Assembly (NCBI RefSeq): GCF_006345805.1
Contig: NC_043001.1
Span: 101,866,001 to 101,930,000, forward strand
Length of the DNA: 64,000 bases
Reading direction: 5' to 3'
Source: Octopus sinensis
Taxonomy: Eukaryota
The translations under genes and the position numbers were made by a program. The number at the start of each line of letters is the position of its first letter. The first letter of the stretch is position 1. The notes beneath the pieces are model-generated. The model was not told the origin of the DNA, did no database searches, and saw only the letters and a list, made by a program, of their open reading frames with translations. Positions 25,880 to 36,900 of this stretch are shown here, piece after piece.

Positions 25880-26250
25880 TCCTTCCCATCTTTACCAGTT
25901 GTCAAAACAATGTCTGGACATTGTGTCCATTAAAGGTGCTCATTGCATGCCAGTCCTTACTTAAGACATCATCTATACCCTGACCAATGGGGCATAACTT
26001 TCAACACACCAATATCCAATGGTCAGTCCTGTGGACTAACCTTCTGGAATGGTACTAATGTAGCAGACATAACAGTGAACACTTAAGAGTGTTATGTGAT
26101 TGGTTATTTCCAGCCAATCAGACAGTTTCCTTTTTGTCTTCAACTGTTCTTTCATACTGGTCATTTGAGCTGACTGGCCATTATAAAAGTCAATACTTTT
26201 TGCTAATAACCAGAGAATATTAATAATATCTACACCAGTCTCCATCATTC
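25880..26250 (-). mobile_element. Possible pogo/Tigger-like DDE transposase relic
   Basis: Minus strand reads NHITLLS...PLDIGVLKVM, resembling 'NNITLLCLPPH...QPLDVGVFK'. Heavily disrupted. Confidence 0.4.
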
Positions 26251-28059
26251 AGGGCAGAATGCTGTCAGATACACTGACATTAACAAAAACACACACATTA
26301 AAATATATAAAAAGAGTATATTTTTCATACTTGCTGACATTCACATAAATTATGAAAGAATATATATTTTTTATACTTATTAATACCGACACATTATGAC
26401 AACTCACTCAGACCATTTTATGCTCACATCAATTGAAGTATGAAATATTGTCTAGAATTTTTCCTCAATTATTTCATGTTAATTGTCTCATGAACAGTTG
26501 TATTCATATGAACTCTGTCACATTCTTGTGAATATGAACTATGCCTCGTACAGATATTATTTCTAGGATATTTTGCTGTTAAATGTCATAAACCAAAATT
26601 TTGGTATATTTTCAGCACTCAGCACTACAGTCAGTTCCTGTGTGAACTATTTTTGTTCGGTAGTATATTATGTACCATCTCTTTTAGAAATTCTTCTTCA
26701 GTTGGATTCACTGTGGTCTTCTATATTCTTTGCAATAGAATTAATTGACTCTTAATGCTTGGCTTGTTTTTATTACTATCTCTTCTAATCTCTGAAATTA
26801 TCACCTTTCATTTATGTAACAATTGGTGACTTATTCACGTTACAGGGCACATGAAAAAACTAAAATGGCCATCTCGTTTGTTTTTAACACTCTTCATCTA
26901 AATAAACCAACACATTTGTAGGCAATGTAATTTCTCAAGTATGAGCTTCATTATTCTTTAGTCTGTTCCTAACATTTCTTTATCATTGGTAAATCAGAAA
27001 AAGAATAATGACAAAAGCAACAAAATCATTAATAAATTGAAAATAATAACATCGTAGCCCTCGATGTTTTGTCCTTAATGTATATTCATTGTTGGTAAGT
27101 GATGGACGTGCTGTGATAAACTTGCAACAAATAATGGAGGGAGAAGAAAAATTATCCCAGCAGCAACCAGCAAGAACACCAGATGCATTTCAACCTTTTT
27201 GGACTTTGTCAACGATGCGAACTCTCAACCAGTCACATGTCTGAATGCAAATTTGTCACAACATTCCTGATTATTTTGGCAAACAAATTTTGAATGAATT
27301 TAATTTAATTTAATGTTGCATTATAATTACGCAATTATACAGGTGGGGATGTTTGTTTATTAGCGAAACAGCTGTTGAGTACAATCAGCAATTTGTGAAT
27401 TCCTCATACATTAGGTATGATACAAAGATGGCTATCTTAATTTAAAACCTCCTTAACTGCATATGCACAGTTTTTTCAGCAGTGGTGAGTGGTTACTCAC
27501 AACACCAGTGAATGCTTTACTCACTGCTTCTTATGTCAGAAGCAATGAATTCTCATCCAGACATTTAACTGGCTGCAAATACAGGACATTGACAAAGATC
27601 AAAAGGTCTCAAATACATTCTGGCTGAGTTTTAGTCTCCTCAATATTTATTCTGTTTTTGACTCAGTACATTGATAAGAGATATTATCTCAGGACAAATA
27701 CCACAGAAATTGGCCTATCAATATTCTCTCTTCATTGCTTTCTGTATTCACAGGTCTTCTGCATTCAGGCTCCATTTTCCACATCCATTCAGCATCACAG
27801 TTCATACACAACCACCACACAATCCACCTTTCGCTCTGAGAGAGATAGAGAAAGAGAGAGGAGAGAGAGGAGAGAGAGAGAGACAAACCATTTGTTGCCA
27901 GCGTATGTAGTTTCTATTCTTTGCCCATCCACCTTCACTGTTAATTCAGTCAGGGAGATCAAAAAAACTCTTGACCATTTCCTGGTTATCTTCTGGACAT
28001 TTCAAAGAATCTATTTCCTGTGTAATTCTCTCAGAGCTTATTTTCACTGTTGCATCCAT

Positions 28060-28290
28060 TACATACAAACCTGCTTTCCCTGCTTCACTGCCTGCGATTC
28101 CACCACACCTCTTGTTCATGCAGTCTTCAAAGGGAATGCAATGCAACGCTTTTCTTCTTAACCATTGTTTTCTCACTAAGCAATATGGTTTCTCTGGTGG
28201 TAGAAGATTCCTGTCTGATTTTATTCTCGTTAATACTATGACTTTGCTAATGCTGGGATTTCTTGCATATAGGTTTTGCTTCCATGTATG
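28060..28290 (+). mobile_element. Possible CR1/Jockey-like RT relic
   Basis: ORF 27971..28402 includes YKPA...NAFLLNHCFLTKQYGFSGGR, like 'YRPISL...LLNH...KQYGFR.GRS'. Confidence 0.35.
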
Positions 28291-28380
28291 GAATTTCCTC
28301 TCTACAACAGATATAGCTATGGAAACCAAATCACAAGCATATAACAGTTACCACAAACAGCCAGTCTTAAACAGCCCTGT

Positions 28381-28533
28381 TATTTACATTATTTACATTT
28401 GACGAATATTTGTCCTCATCTTGTTTGTTGTTAACACAACGTTTCGGCTGATATACCCTCCAGCCTTCATTAGGTGTCTTGGGGAAATTTTGAACCTGGA
28501 TTCTCATTCCTAAGGTAATTTTCAATGCTGTTG

Positions 28534-28602
<69 letters not shown>

Positions 28603-28827
28603 TCAGGTCACTGCCTGGAATCGAACTGAGAATCTTGGGGTTAGTAGCCCATGCTCTTAACCACTATGCCATATGCCCAGGTTCGAAATTTCCTCAAGAC
28701 ACCTGATGAAAGCTGAAGGATAGGTATATCAACCAAAACATTGTGTTAATAACAAACAAGATGAGGACAAATATCTGTCAAATGTAAATAATGTACATAA
28801 TTCCCATCTCTTAAATATAGAACTGTA
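28381..28827. mobile_element. Penelope-like foldback with inverted hammerhead-like motifs, internal (TTA)n and a tRNA-SINE head
   Basis: 28381-28500 is the reverse complement of about 28676-28799. Motifs lie at 28433-28478 (-) and 28698-28747 (+). A tRNA-like head with A/B boxes is on the minus strand at about 28605-28678. Confidence 0.75.
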
Positions 28828-28879
28828 TGACCCCTATTACTGCCTAAAGGATAATAATAGATAAAATTATGGGTATGAG

Positions 28880-29810
28880 AAGTTCTTTTGGCCCCCTACC
28901 TACAAGTTAAATTCCTCACTGTACTCATCGTTGGTTCTCATTTTGTTGACTGTACCTCCATACATAATCTGAACGGCTCACACAAGCTATTTGTCTGCCC
29001 CAAAGTCCCTAAGTAACCACCAAATCACGTAGGGAGATCCTGTGTCAAAGCCTTCTCCAGAATGAATGCTAACGAAACAGAGCAGGTTTCTCCAAGGTAA
29101 CTCCTTCCTCTGCAGTTGTCATGCAAGGAAGATGACATCAGCAGTGTGCTTCCTGCTACGCGGTTGAAATTATATCTCACAAGCATAATTCTCATTCTGA
29201 TTAACTGAAGTACAACCCTTTCTTTAATTTTCATAAAATGATTCAATAAATTTAATACTTCTACAGTTTCCTCCTTCTTCTCAAGCATCTCTTTTGCCCC
29301 TGAAGCAGTTGACAATGTTTATCTGCCTGTTATTGGGAATAGAACATTCCTGTGATGCCTGATTGACAGGGCAGGGGGGGGGTTATCCTCATCTCTATTC
29401 CACCAAAGTATCTCAGAAGTAATTCCTGATGGAATATGTGCTTTCACTGCCTAAATTGCTCTATCATACTGCTGACAACTGTTTGGTTCCTCTGAAAAAT
29501 TCTATGCTGAGAAGATTCCCTTTTTACTGATGCATTCCTTTCATTCAACAGCACTTTGATATTTCTTTCTTCTTGATATCAGTCAACCGTGACTATGGTA
29601 AGCATGTTGTTATCCTTTCAGTGGCACATGTGCCATTATCACTCCACACACACACACACAAACTTCTCTCCAGTGATATCTCAATAGTCACTGGTACACT
29701 GGGTTCAAATTTCATTGAAAAATCTTTGATTAACTGGAATCCATTAGAAAACACTTTCCAAGATGCCAAAGTGGGAATTACAGACTTCGTGGCTGAGAAG
29801 CGAACTTAAC
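28880..29810 (-). mobile_element. Decayed RTE-clade LINE, RT domains 0-3
   Basis: DITGEKFV...VLLNERNA...KAHIPSGITSEIL...IVNCFRGKRDA...HFMKIKERVVLQLIR...TADVIFLA*QLQ...LEKA...VIWWLLRDFG...AVQIMY, collinear with RTE RT. Confidence 0.85.
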
Positions 29811-30925
29811 CATTCTGCTCTGTCCACACCTTGTGCTGTTATCTTTTGTGGGTTATTGTATTAAAGCAGCTCATCTTTGATGCCAAATATTTATTGTTTG
29901 TCTCTAAACAATGACTTCTTTCCTATTGGCAGGGGAAGATGATTATAAGAATGACAAATTGTTCCTCTCAAAACAGAAACATCTTTTCAGAAATGAAAAG
30001 TAATTTTTCTTTCCTTTTCTTTTTAAAAAATAATCCTTTCCCAGCAATTTCTCATGCAATTCTTATTGTTGCTGTTGTTCTTGCAGTCAATTTTCTCTGT
30101 TGATGCTGCTGTTATTGCTGTCGTCATTGTCGTCATCAGTAGTGCTGGCAGTGGTCGCTATGGCAGCGGTGGTGGTGGTGGTGATTATATCGCTGTTGTT
30201 TTTAAGACTTTTTTTTTTAAATATATAAATATATAAAATGCAAATCCAAACACTTGAAAGAAAATAAAAATTGCAACTTTTCTTAGAGTTTTATTGCCAT
30301 TTGTTTTCTTTTTTTCCTTTTTTTTCTTTTGTTTTCATTTGAATAATTTCTTTTATTTTGTATTATTTTGATATCTTTACTTACCTTTTGTTTATTATTC
30401 TTTTCACCTAAAGAAAATACATCCATCTCTGTGAGGTCCACCACTGTAAAAAGATATTATGAGCAAGATATATATATATATACAGACTGTTCAATAAGTA
30501 GAGAAAGAAAAAAATGGCATGTGTGTGTGTGTGTGTTACATGCCTCTGTGTGTATGTGTTGTGTGTGTCTGTGTGTGAGTGTGTATGTATTGCATGTGTG
30601 CATGTGTGTGCGTGTAGGGATGGTGGTTAATGTGTGATGAGAATTTACATACTCTAACCATAATTTATAAGAAATAACCAATATAGCAGTGCTCTAGCAT
30701 GGCCTTAGCTGGAATGGATGAAAACAATCTAAAGTAAAAACACAGCTGATTGGTTAAAATATTTCCTAAGCTCATTCACAATTTTCAAAAATGGTTCAAT
30801 CTCCAACATTTTGCTGGGTTATCACCTAAACCTTTCATCCCACAATTGGCCAATTCCTCTCCTTTAGAACAGCTGACATCTCACATACACTGCTGCTGCC
30901 ACTGCCGCTGTTGTTACCACCATCA

Positions 30926-30957
<32 letters not shown>

Positions 30958-31392
30958 GCTACTGCTGCTGCTACATGCAAGATTTCTGAACAGCATCCAA
31001 AAGGAACCCCACTGGACTCTTTGGCAAATAAACATTCCCTGTTAAACTTCGGCCACTTTTGCTCGCAGAGGCAGATTTCTCTCCTTGCCTCTTCAGTCAC
31101 TCCAACAGCGGCCTACACTCCTCTGAACTAGCCAGCTGTATACTTTAGTCATCCAAACTGAATCAACATACCCATCTCTCATCTTTCTCTCCCTCATCAT
31201 GGGTGCGAGTCAGGCAGCACTGGTATCAGCCATGACTGTGATTTCACTCAGTTCGACAAGTCTTGTAAGGACCTGGCAAAGCATATTTCCAACCAAAATA
31301 TGTCTGCTATTTTCAGGAATGAAACCAAGTTATCTCCTCATTGTCTTTCCATCCCCCCACCCCACTATATCCTTTATCATTTACTTGCTTCA

Positions 31393-31722
31393 GTGGTGGT
31401 GGTGGTGGTGGTGGCAGTGGTGGTGGTGGTGGCAGTGGTGGTGGTGGTGGTGGTGGCGATGGTGATAGTGGTGGTGGTTGTGGTGGTGGCGATGGTGGTG
31501 GTGGTGGTGGCGATGGTGATAGTGGTGGCGGTTGTGGTGGTGGCGATAAGGACAGTGGTGGCAGTGGTGGCGGTGGTGGTGGTGACGGTGGTGGTGGTGG
31601 TGGTGGTGGCGGTGGCGGCGGTGGTGGTGGTGGTGGCGATAAGGACAGTGGTGATAGTGGTGGCAGTGGTGATGATAGTGGTGGTGGTGGTGGTGGTGGT
31701 GGTGGTGGTGGCAGTGGCAGCA
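31393..31722. repeat. (GGT)n/(GGC)n trinucleotide array with higher-order subrepeats
   Basis: Direct observation; ggcgatggtgatagtggtgg and ggcgataaggacagtggtg each occur twice. Confidence 0.9.
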
Positions 31723-32054
31723 TAGCTTTATAAGTCAAATAATTCAGTCATTTGCATTTCCTTTTAAACTCAGTTACAACTTGTGCATTTATTACACCAA
31801 AGCAGAATTTGCCTTCAAGGTTATTCAGGAGGGGAAAACATTTGGGTAAACTCTGGCGTTGCTAAAGGAAAACTTTGTCAGTTAGAGCAGAATTAAGGTT
31901 CATATGGGGCTAGGCAACAACAACAACATCTTTTCTCTGTCTTCCAAGTTCATGATTCTCTTCAATTCCAAAATTCCTCCAAATGCTGTTAATTCTTCAA
32001 ATTCGATGCTACACCTGCTTAGAATTGCCTTCTTTTTCTCTTCTCTTTTATTTG

Positions 32055-32480
32055 TTTCAATCGTTAGACTGTAGCCATGCTGGAGTACCACCTTGAAGGA
32101 TTTTTTTAGTAGAATGGATCGACTGCAGGACTTATTTTTAAAGCCTGGTACTTATTCTACCGGTCTCTTTTGGCAAACCACTAAGTTACAGGGAGATAAA
32201 GATAACAACATCAATTTTCAAGCTGTGGAGGGGGACAAACACAGACACAGACACACACACAAACACATACATACATGTGCACACGCACACACACAAAGAC
32301 ATACACATATACATATATACAGGGAGGTTCTTTCAGTTTCCATCTACCAGATCCACTCACAAGGTTTTAGTCAGCCTGTGACTACAGAAGAAGACTCTTA
32401 CCCAGAACCATGTGGTTGGAGACTGAACCCAGAACCATGTGATTGGGGAGCAAACTTCTTACCACACAGCCACACCTGTG
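32055..32480 (-). mobile_element. Family B SINE
   Basis: Reverse complement of the family B consensus. Confidence 0.8.
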
Positions 32481-32899
32481 CCTGGTTTATATTTATGAAA
32501 CAAAAAAAACTGAACTTTCTCCCTTTTCCAGTTTCCTAAAATATAAAGGAAGACAAAACTGAATTGTAAACAGAAGCAAAAGAAGTAAAGACATCCACGC
32601 ATAATGTGACATAAGTTGCTTGTGTCGGAATCAGTGATACTGCAATCAATGATATGAGAGATTTAAATCATTTCAACTGCTCACACACAAGTAACTGTAA
32701 TCCTTCATTGAGACAGAGAAAAACAAATGTTCAAACAGATTCTCACATTAAGATAATATTTAGCTATGCATGTGAGAGTACATTTTTTTGTATATGTGTT
32801 TGTGTATGTATGTGTGTGTATGTATGTACATGGTTGTATGTGTATATTTGTATGTGTGTATGTGTGTGTGTATGATTCAGCCTCATTGTAAATTGTATG

Positions 32900-33400
32900 T
32901 TTTTGTTTAATTACAATGAATAGTTTTAAATTCTTTCTGTTTCTCCAGGTTTCCATTCCATAAAGCAAAGCAGCAGTTATGCTATCTTATACAGTTTCCT
33001 TGCATATTTACAGAGACAGTTCCTCTGTTTTTGCTGAAATTTTCACTACATCAGAATCTCTAGATATCTCATAACTTAATTTGCATAGGATGTGGCTGTT
33101 TTAGTTTCCATTGTGGTCCCAAATTTTTGTTGATAAAAATTTTCATCAAAATAAAATAGTTTTGTCCTGCAGAAAGAATTTTAGTCCTTCTATGATTAAT
33201 TCCTTTCCTACACATTGTGGTGAATCATTTGTATAGTTATCTAAGCAGAACCGAATGACTTTAACTTCTTAGTCCTGAAGGATGTTTGACAAAAACTTTT
33301 TGTAAGATGTCTGCAAAGTTACTCAGACAACGATTTTCACATACAAGACGTGGTGCCATTGGTTCTCCTATTGCATCATTTAGTGGGGTTGGTCCAACAT
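32900..33400 (-). mobile_element. Penelope-like element RT relic
   Basis: Minus strand: LVCENRCLSNFADILQKVFVKH, KELIIEGLKFFLQ, FYFDENFYQQKFGTTMETKTATSYAN*VMRYLE, NCIR*HNCCFALWNGNLEKQKEFK. These match Penelope RT motifs (GTAMGT..AP.YANL.M; W.RY.DDCF..W). Confidence 0.8.
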
Positions 33401-33715
33401 TCCACGACCTCTTCTTTTCTTTCCAGCTACTCCCAACAACAGATATTTAAAACAAGGTTGCTTGATGTCTCAGTTGCAAGATTGCAACACACCTGTGCTT
33501 ATTCTTCCATCACACTGCTGACCCACAACTCCTGGCATAGAAACATCGCACCCTCCTGTCACTCGCAAATACTAACCCTTCCACTCCCATTTAGATGAGG
33601 TGGCATTGGAGCTCAATGCAGCCCTAAAGCTCACTAGATCCCATCAAACTGTCCAACCCATTCCAGCATGAAAAAATGGACATTATATGATAATGAGATG
33701 GGGGATGATTTTATA

Positions 33716-33749
<34 letters not shown>

Positions 33750-33920
33750 TGTGTGTGAGTGTACATATATATATATATATATATACATATATATACATAT
33801 ATATATACATATATATATGTGTGTGTATATATACATATATACATATATATATATATGTATGTATATATACGTTTATATATTTGTTTTGCAAGATTCTTGA
33901 TGTGAAATCGTGTTTTGAAA

Positions 33921-34163
33921 CAGATGTTGTTGTATTTAGGAATAGTCATTTTGCCAGTTTAGCCAATAGGAGAGACACACAAATAAGAAAGAGGAAAGTG
34001 AACAACCACTGATGAGGTCACAGAAGTGTGACGAAAGAACTATGGCCGAAATAAGATTAAAATTAATGTAAAAAATAAAGCTGAAGCAAATTAATACCAA
34101 ATATATAGTGCATGTGTTTTTATTGGCTAAACTGGCAAAATGACCATTCCAAAATACAACAAC

Positions 34164-34168
<5 letters not shown>
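33921..34168. mobile_element. About 250-bp element with 48-bp terminal inverted repeats enclosing a hammerhead motif
   Basis: 33921-33968 versus the reverse complement of 34121-34168 shows 3 mismatches. Confidence 0.7.
34006..34045 (+). ncRNA. Minimal type I hammerhead ribozyme motif, catalytic boxes intact
   Basis: CCA-CTGATGA-G-GTCACA(GAAG)TGTGAC-GAAA-G(AA)C-TA-TGG: 6-bp stem II, CUA site, 3-bp stem I. Confidence 0.65.
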
Positions 34169-34194
<26 letters not shown>

Positions 34195-34269
34195 AATGGA
34201 GTTTAACGCAAGTATAATTCAAATAAGGTTAACAAGGGAAAAATACACTCATCTATTTTCATATATATA

Positions 34270-35170
34270 TATATATATATATATACACCAAAATGTGAGC
34301 ATCTTTTCATTCTCATAAAAATCTCAGATGAAGAATTTTGAAATGTGTTACATATCTTCACTGTGCTACTTATAGATTGGATTTGGAGAATCTGAGTCCA
34401 TTTCTTTTACTCTTTCTCTGTGAAACTAAGTAATTCTAGGTTTTTGTGCAAATGTGTTGGTACATAACCCAAAGTACCCATGATGATAGGTACAAATGAG
34501 TATTTATATTCAGGGCATAAGAGCCTTAAGCTTTGTATTAATTCACCATAAATGTCCTTCTTTTCCTGTACTTTTGATAGTACATACACATCTGCTGACC
34601 AGCTGACCAGCTGACCCCAACAATAGTGGTCTATCCCACAGAACAGTATCAGGTCTGTTATGTTTGCACTGAGTTGATGTTTTTATTGGAGTGTTTCACC
34701 AATATTCGTTGTTTTTAAAGGTGTGAATACCTGCAGGTTCTGACACACCTTTGATGTATACATCAGGGCAGTCCTTTCTATAGAGAGCAGTGTAAATAGT
34801 CTTTGCAACTATCTTATGCCTCAGGGGCAGATAGCATCTCGTAGACATTTTAGGACAGATGCTGATGATGTGGGTGATATCTTCCACATTGTTATAATGT
34901 GGAGGTTTGGTGCTACCTTTGTTCCTCTTGCTTATCTGGTATTTGGTGGTTATGTCCTGTTTCTGGATAACTAATACATATCCTTCTAGGTGGGTTGTAA
35001 TGTATCTACCACAGGTCCCGATAAGGCTGCTCTTCTTGTCAATGCTGGTGTTGACCTCTAGCTTACAAGATACGTAAGTTGTTAGGTTTAAACATTTGAA
35101 AGTTTTCTTTTAAATTCTTTGTAATCATGGTTATCTTTGAGGAGAAATTAAGACCTTAAATTCTTGATGT
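34270..35170 (-). mobile_element. R4/Dong-like (RLE-type) non-LTR retrotransposon 3' relic
   Basis: TTHLEGYVLVIQKQDITTKY...EDITHIISICPKMSTRCYLPLRHKIVAK...EYW*NTPIKTS...KDIYGELIQSLRLLCPEYKYSFVPIIMGTLGYV...TVKICK: zinc-knuckle and restriction-like endonuclease region. Confidence 0.85.
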
Positions 35171-35339
35171 TGATGATAATGATGATGATGATGATGATGA
35201 TGATAATGATTGACAAACTTTTGGAAAGAATTTATTATAATTGAGATTGTTGTTGTCATTGTTGTGTGGAATGGAAAACTAAATGAGGAATTAAGACTGC
35301 AAACAAAATACCTGGTATTTTTGTTCTGTCCTCAAATCT

Positions 35340-35923
35340 TATGTATGCATGCATGTATGTGTGTATGTATGTATGTATGTATGTATGTATGTATGTATGT
35401 ATGTATGTATGTATGTATGTATGCATGTATGTATGTATGTATGTGTGTGTATATATATGTATGTGTGTATGTATGTATGTATGTATGTATGTATGCATGC
35501 ATGCATGCATGTATGTATGTATGTATGCATGCATGCATGCATGTATGTATGTATGTATGCATGCATGTATGTATATATGCATGCATGTATGTATGTATGT
35601 ATGTATGTATGTGTGTGTATATATGTATGTATATGTATGTGTGTATGTATGTATGTATGTATGTATGTATGTGTGTGTATTATATGTATGTACATGTATG
35701 TGTGTATGTATGTATGTATGTATGCATGCATGTATGTATGTATGTATGTATGCATGCATGCATGCATGTATGTATGTATGTATGTATGCATGCATGCATG
35801 TACGTATATATGCATGTATGTATGTATGTATGCATGCATGCATGTATGTATGTATGTATGTGCATATGTATGTATGTGTGTATATGTGTGTGTGTATGTA
35901 TGTATGTATGTATGTGTATGTGC

Positions 35924-35954
<31 letters not shown>

Positions 35955-36010
35955 TGTATGTATGTATGTATGTATGTATGAGTGTGTATGTGTATGTAGG
36001 CCTGCATGTA
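35340..36010. repeat. (TATG)n/(CATG)n tetranucleotide satellite, about 670 bp
   Basis: Direct observation; source of the long MYVC-type ORFs. Confidence 0.95.
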
Positions 36011-36669
36011 TGCATACATGTGTGTACGTACATGTGAGAGTATGATTGTGTGTGTGTATAAATTGATAGCAAAGATTTTACTGCAAATGATAGTCTGTCA
36101 GGCATTGTAAATACTAATTTGAGCCAGAAGGTTCTGGTGTTTATAATGTCTGCTATCGCACTGGTAGCACTAGTTCTATATATTAAATATAAACAATATA
36201 TGTACACACACACACACATGCATAATTATACATACACAGAGACAGACATGCATATACACATGTGGCACTCATAACTTTTGTTTACAACACACACACACAC
36301 ACACACACATACACACACACACATACACACACATATGTATCTGAATATTTTTGAAATGTTACACTGAACTGCAGTGAAAGTATTTATTACATTTTAATGT
36401 CACATTTAGATGGAGATACCCTTTTAAATAAATGTTACATGAATTAATTTCATTTGAGAATCCATTTTGAAGAGATTTCATTAACCTTTACTCGTTCAGC
36501 TTAGAATAGACTAGCAGCCCGGCTGGAAATAAGCCATCCGTCTATTCCAAATCTAGCTCAACTTATCGTAAAACTAAAATAATCTCCATAACCCATATCT
36601 GTAACTAAAGTGATGCTAAAAAGAACAGTGAAGAAGACTCTACTACATTTAAGTTGCATCCTTAATCCA

Positions 36670-36900
36670 CAGCATAATCATTTAACGCCCGTTTTCTATG
36701 CTGGCATGGGTTAGATAGGAGCTGGCAAGCTGGAGGGCTGTACCAGGGCCCCAGTTGTCTGCTATGGCCTTGTTTCTGTGGCTGGATACCTCTTCTAATG
36801 CCAACAACTTTACAGTGTGGCACTGGGTGTATTTTTTGTGGCCTCAGCACCAATGCTTTTTACATGGCACCAGCAGGGTCACCGAGTACCTTGCAAGACA
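36670..36900 (-). mobile_element. Family A-related repeat, diverged
   Basis: catttaacgcccgttttctatgctggcatgggttaga...ctaatgccaacaactttacagtgtgg. Confidence 0.65.

Noticed and set aside
26300-26900. Weak piggyBac or CENP-B-like peptide hints on the minus strand
   Set aside because: Only 4-5 residue matches.
31300-31738. Gly-rich, Pro-rich and Val-rich ORFs
   Set aside because: (GGT)n array; no unique coding context or splice support.
31900-32030. Minus frame CSIEFEELTAFGGILELKRIMNLEDREKM
   Set aside because: Protein-like but unrecognised; weak acceptor, adjacent to a SINE tail.
36062-36200. Plus frame ending in a hydrophobic stretch (KVLVFIMSAIALVALVLYIKYK)
   Set aside because: No credible acceptor; runs into microsatellite.
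35210-36219. Long overlapping ORFs (up to 275 aa)
   Set aside because: Translations of the (TATG)n satellite; open in multiple frames on both strands.
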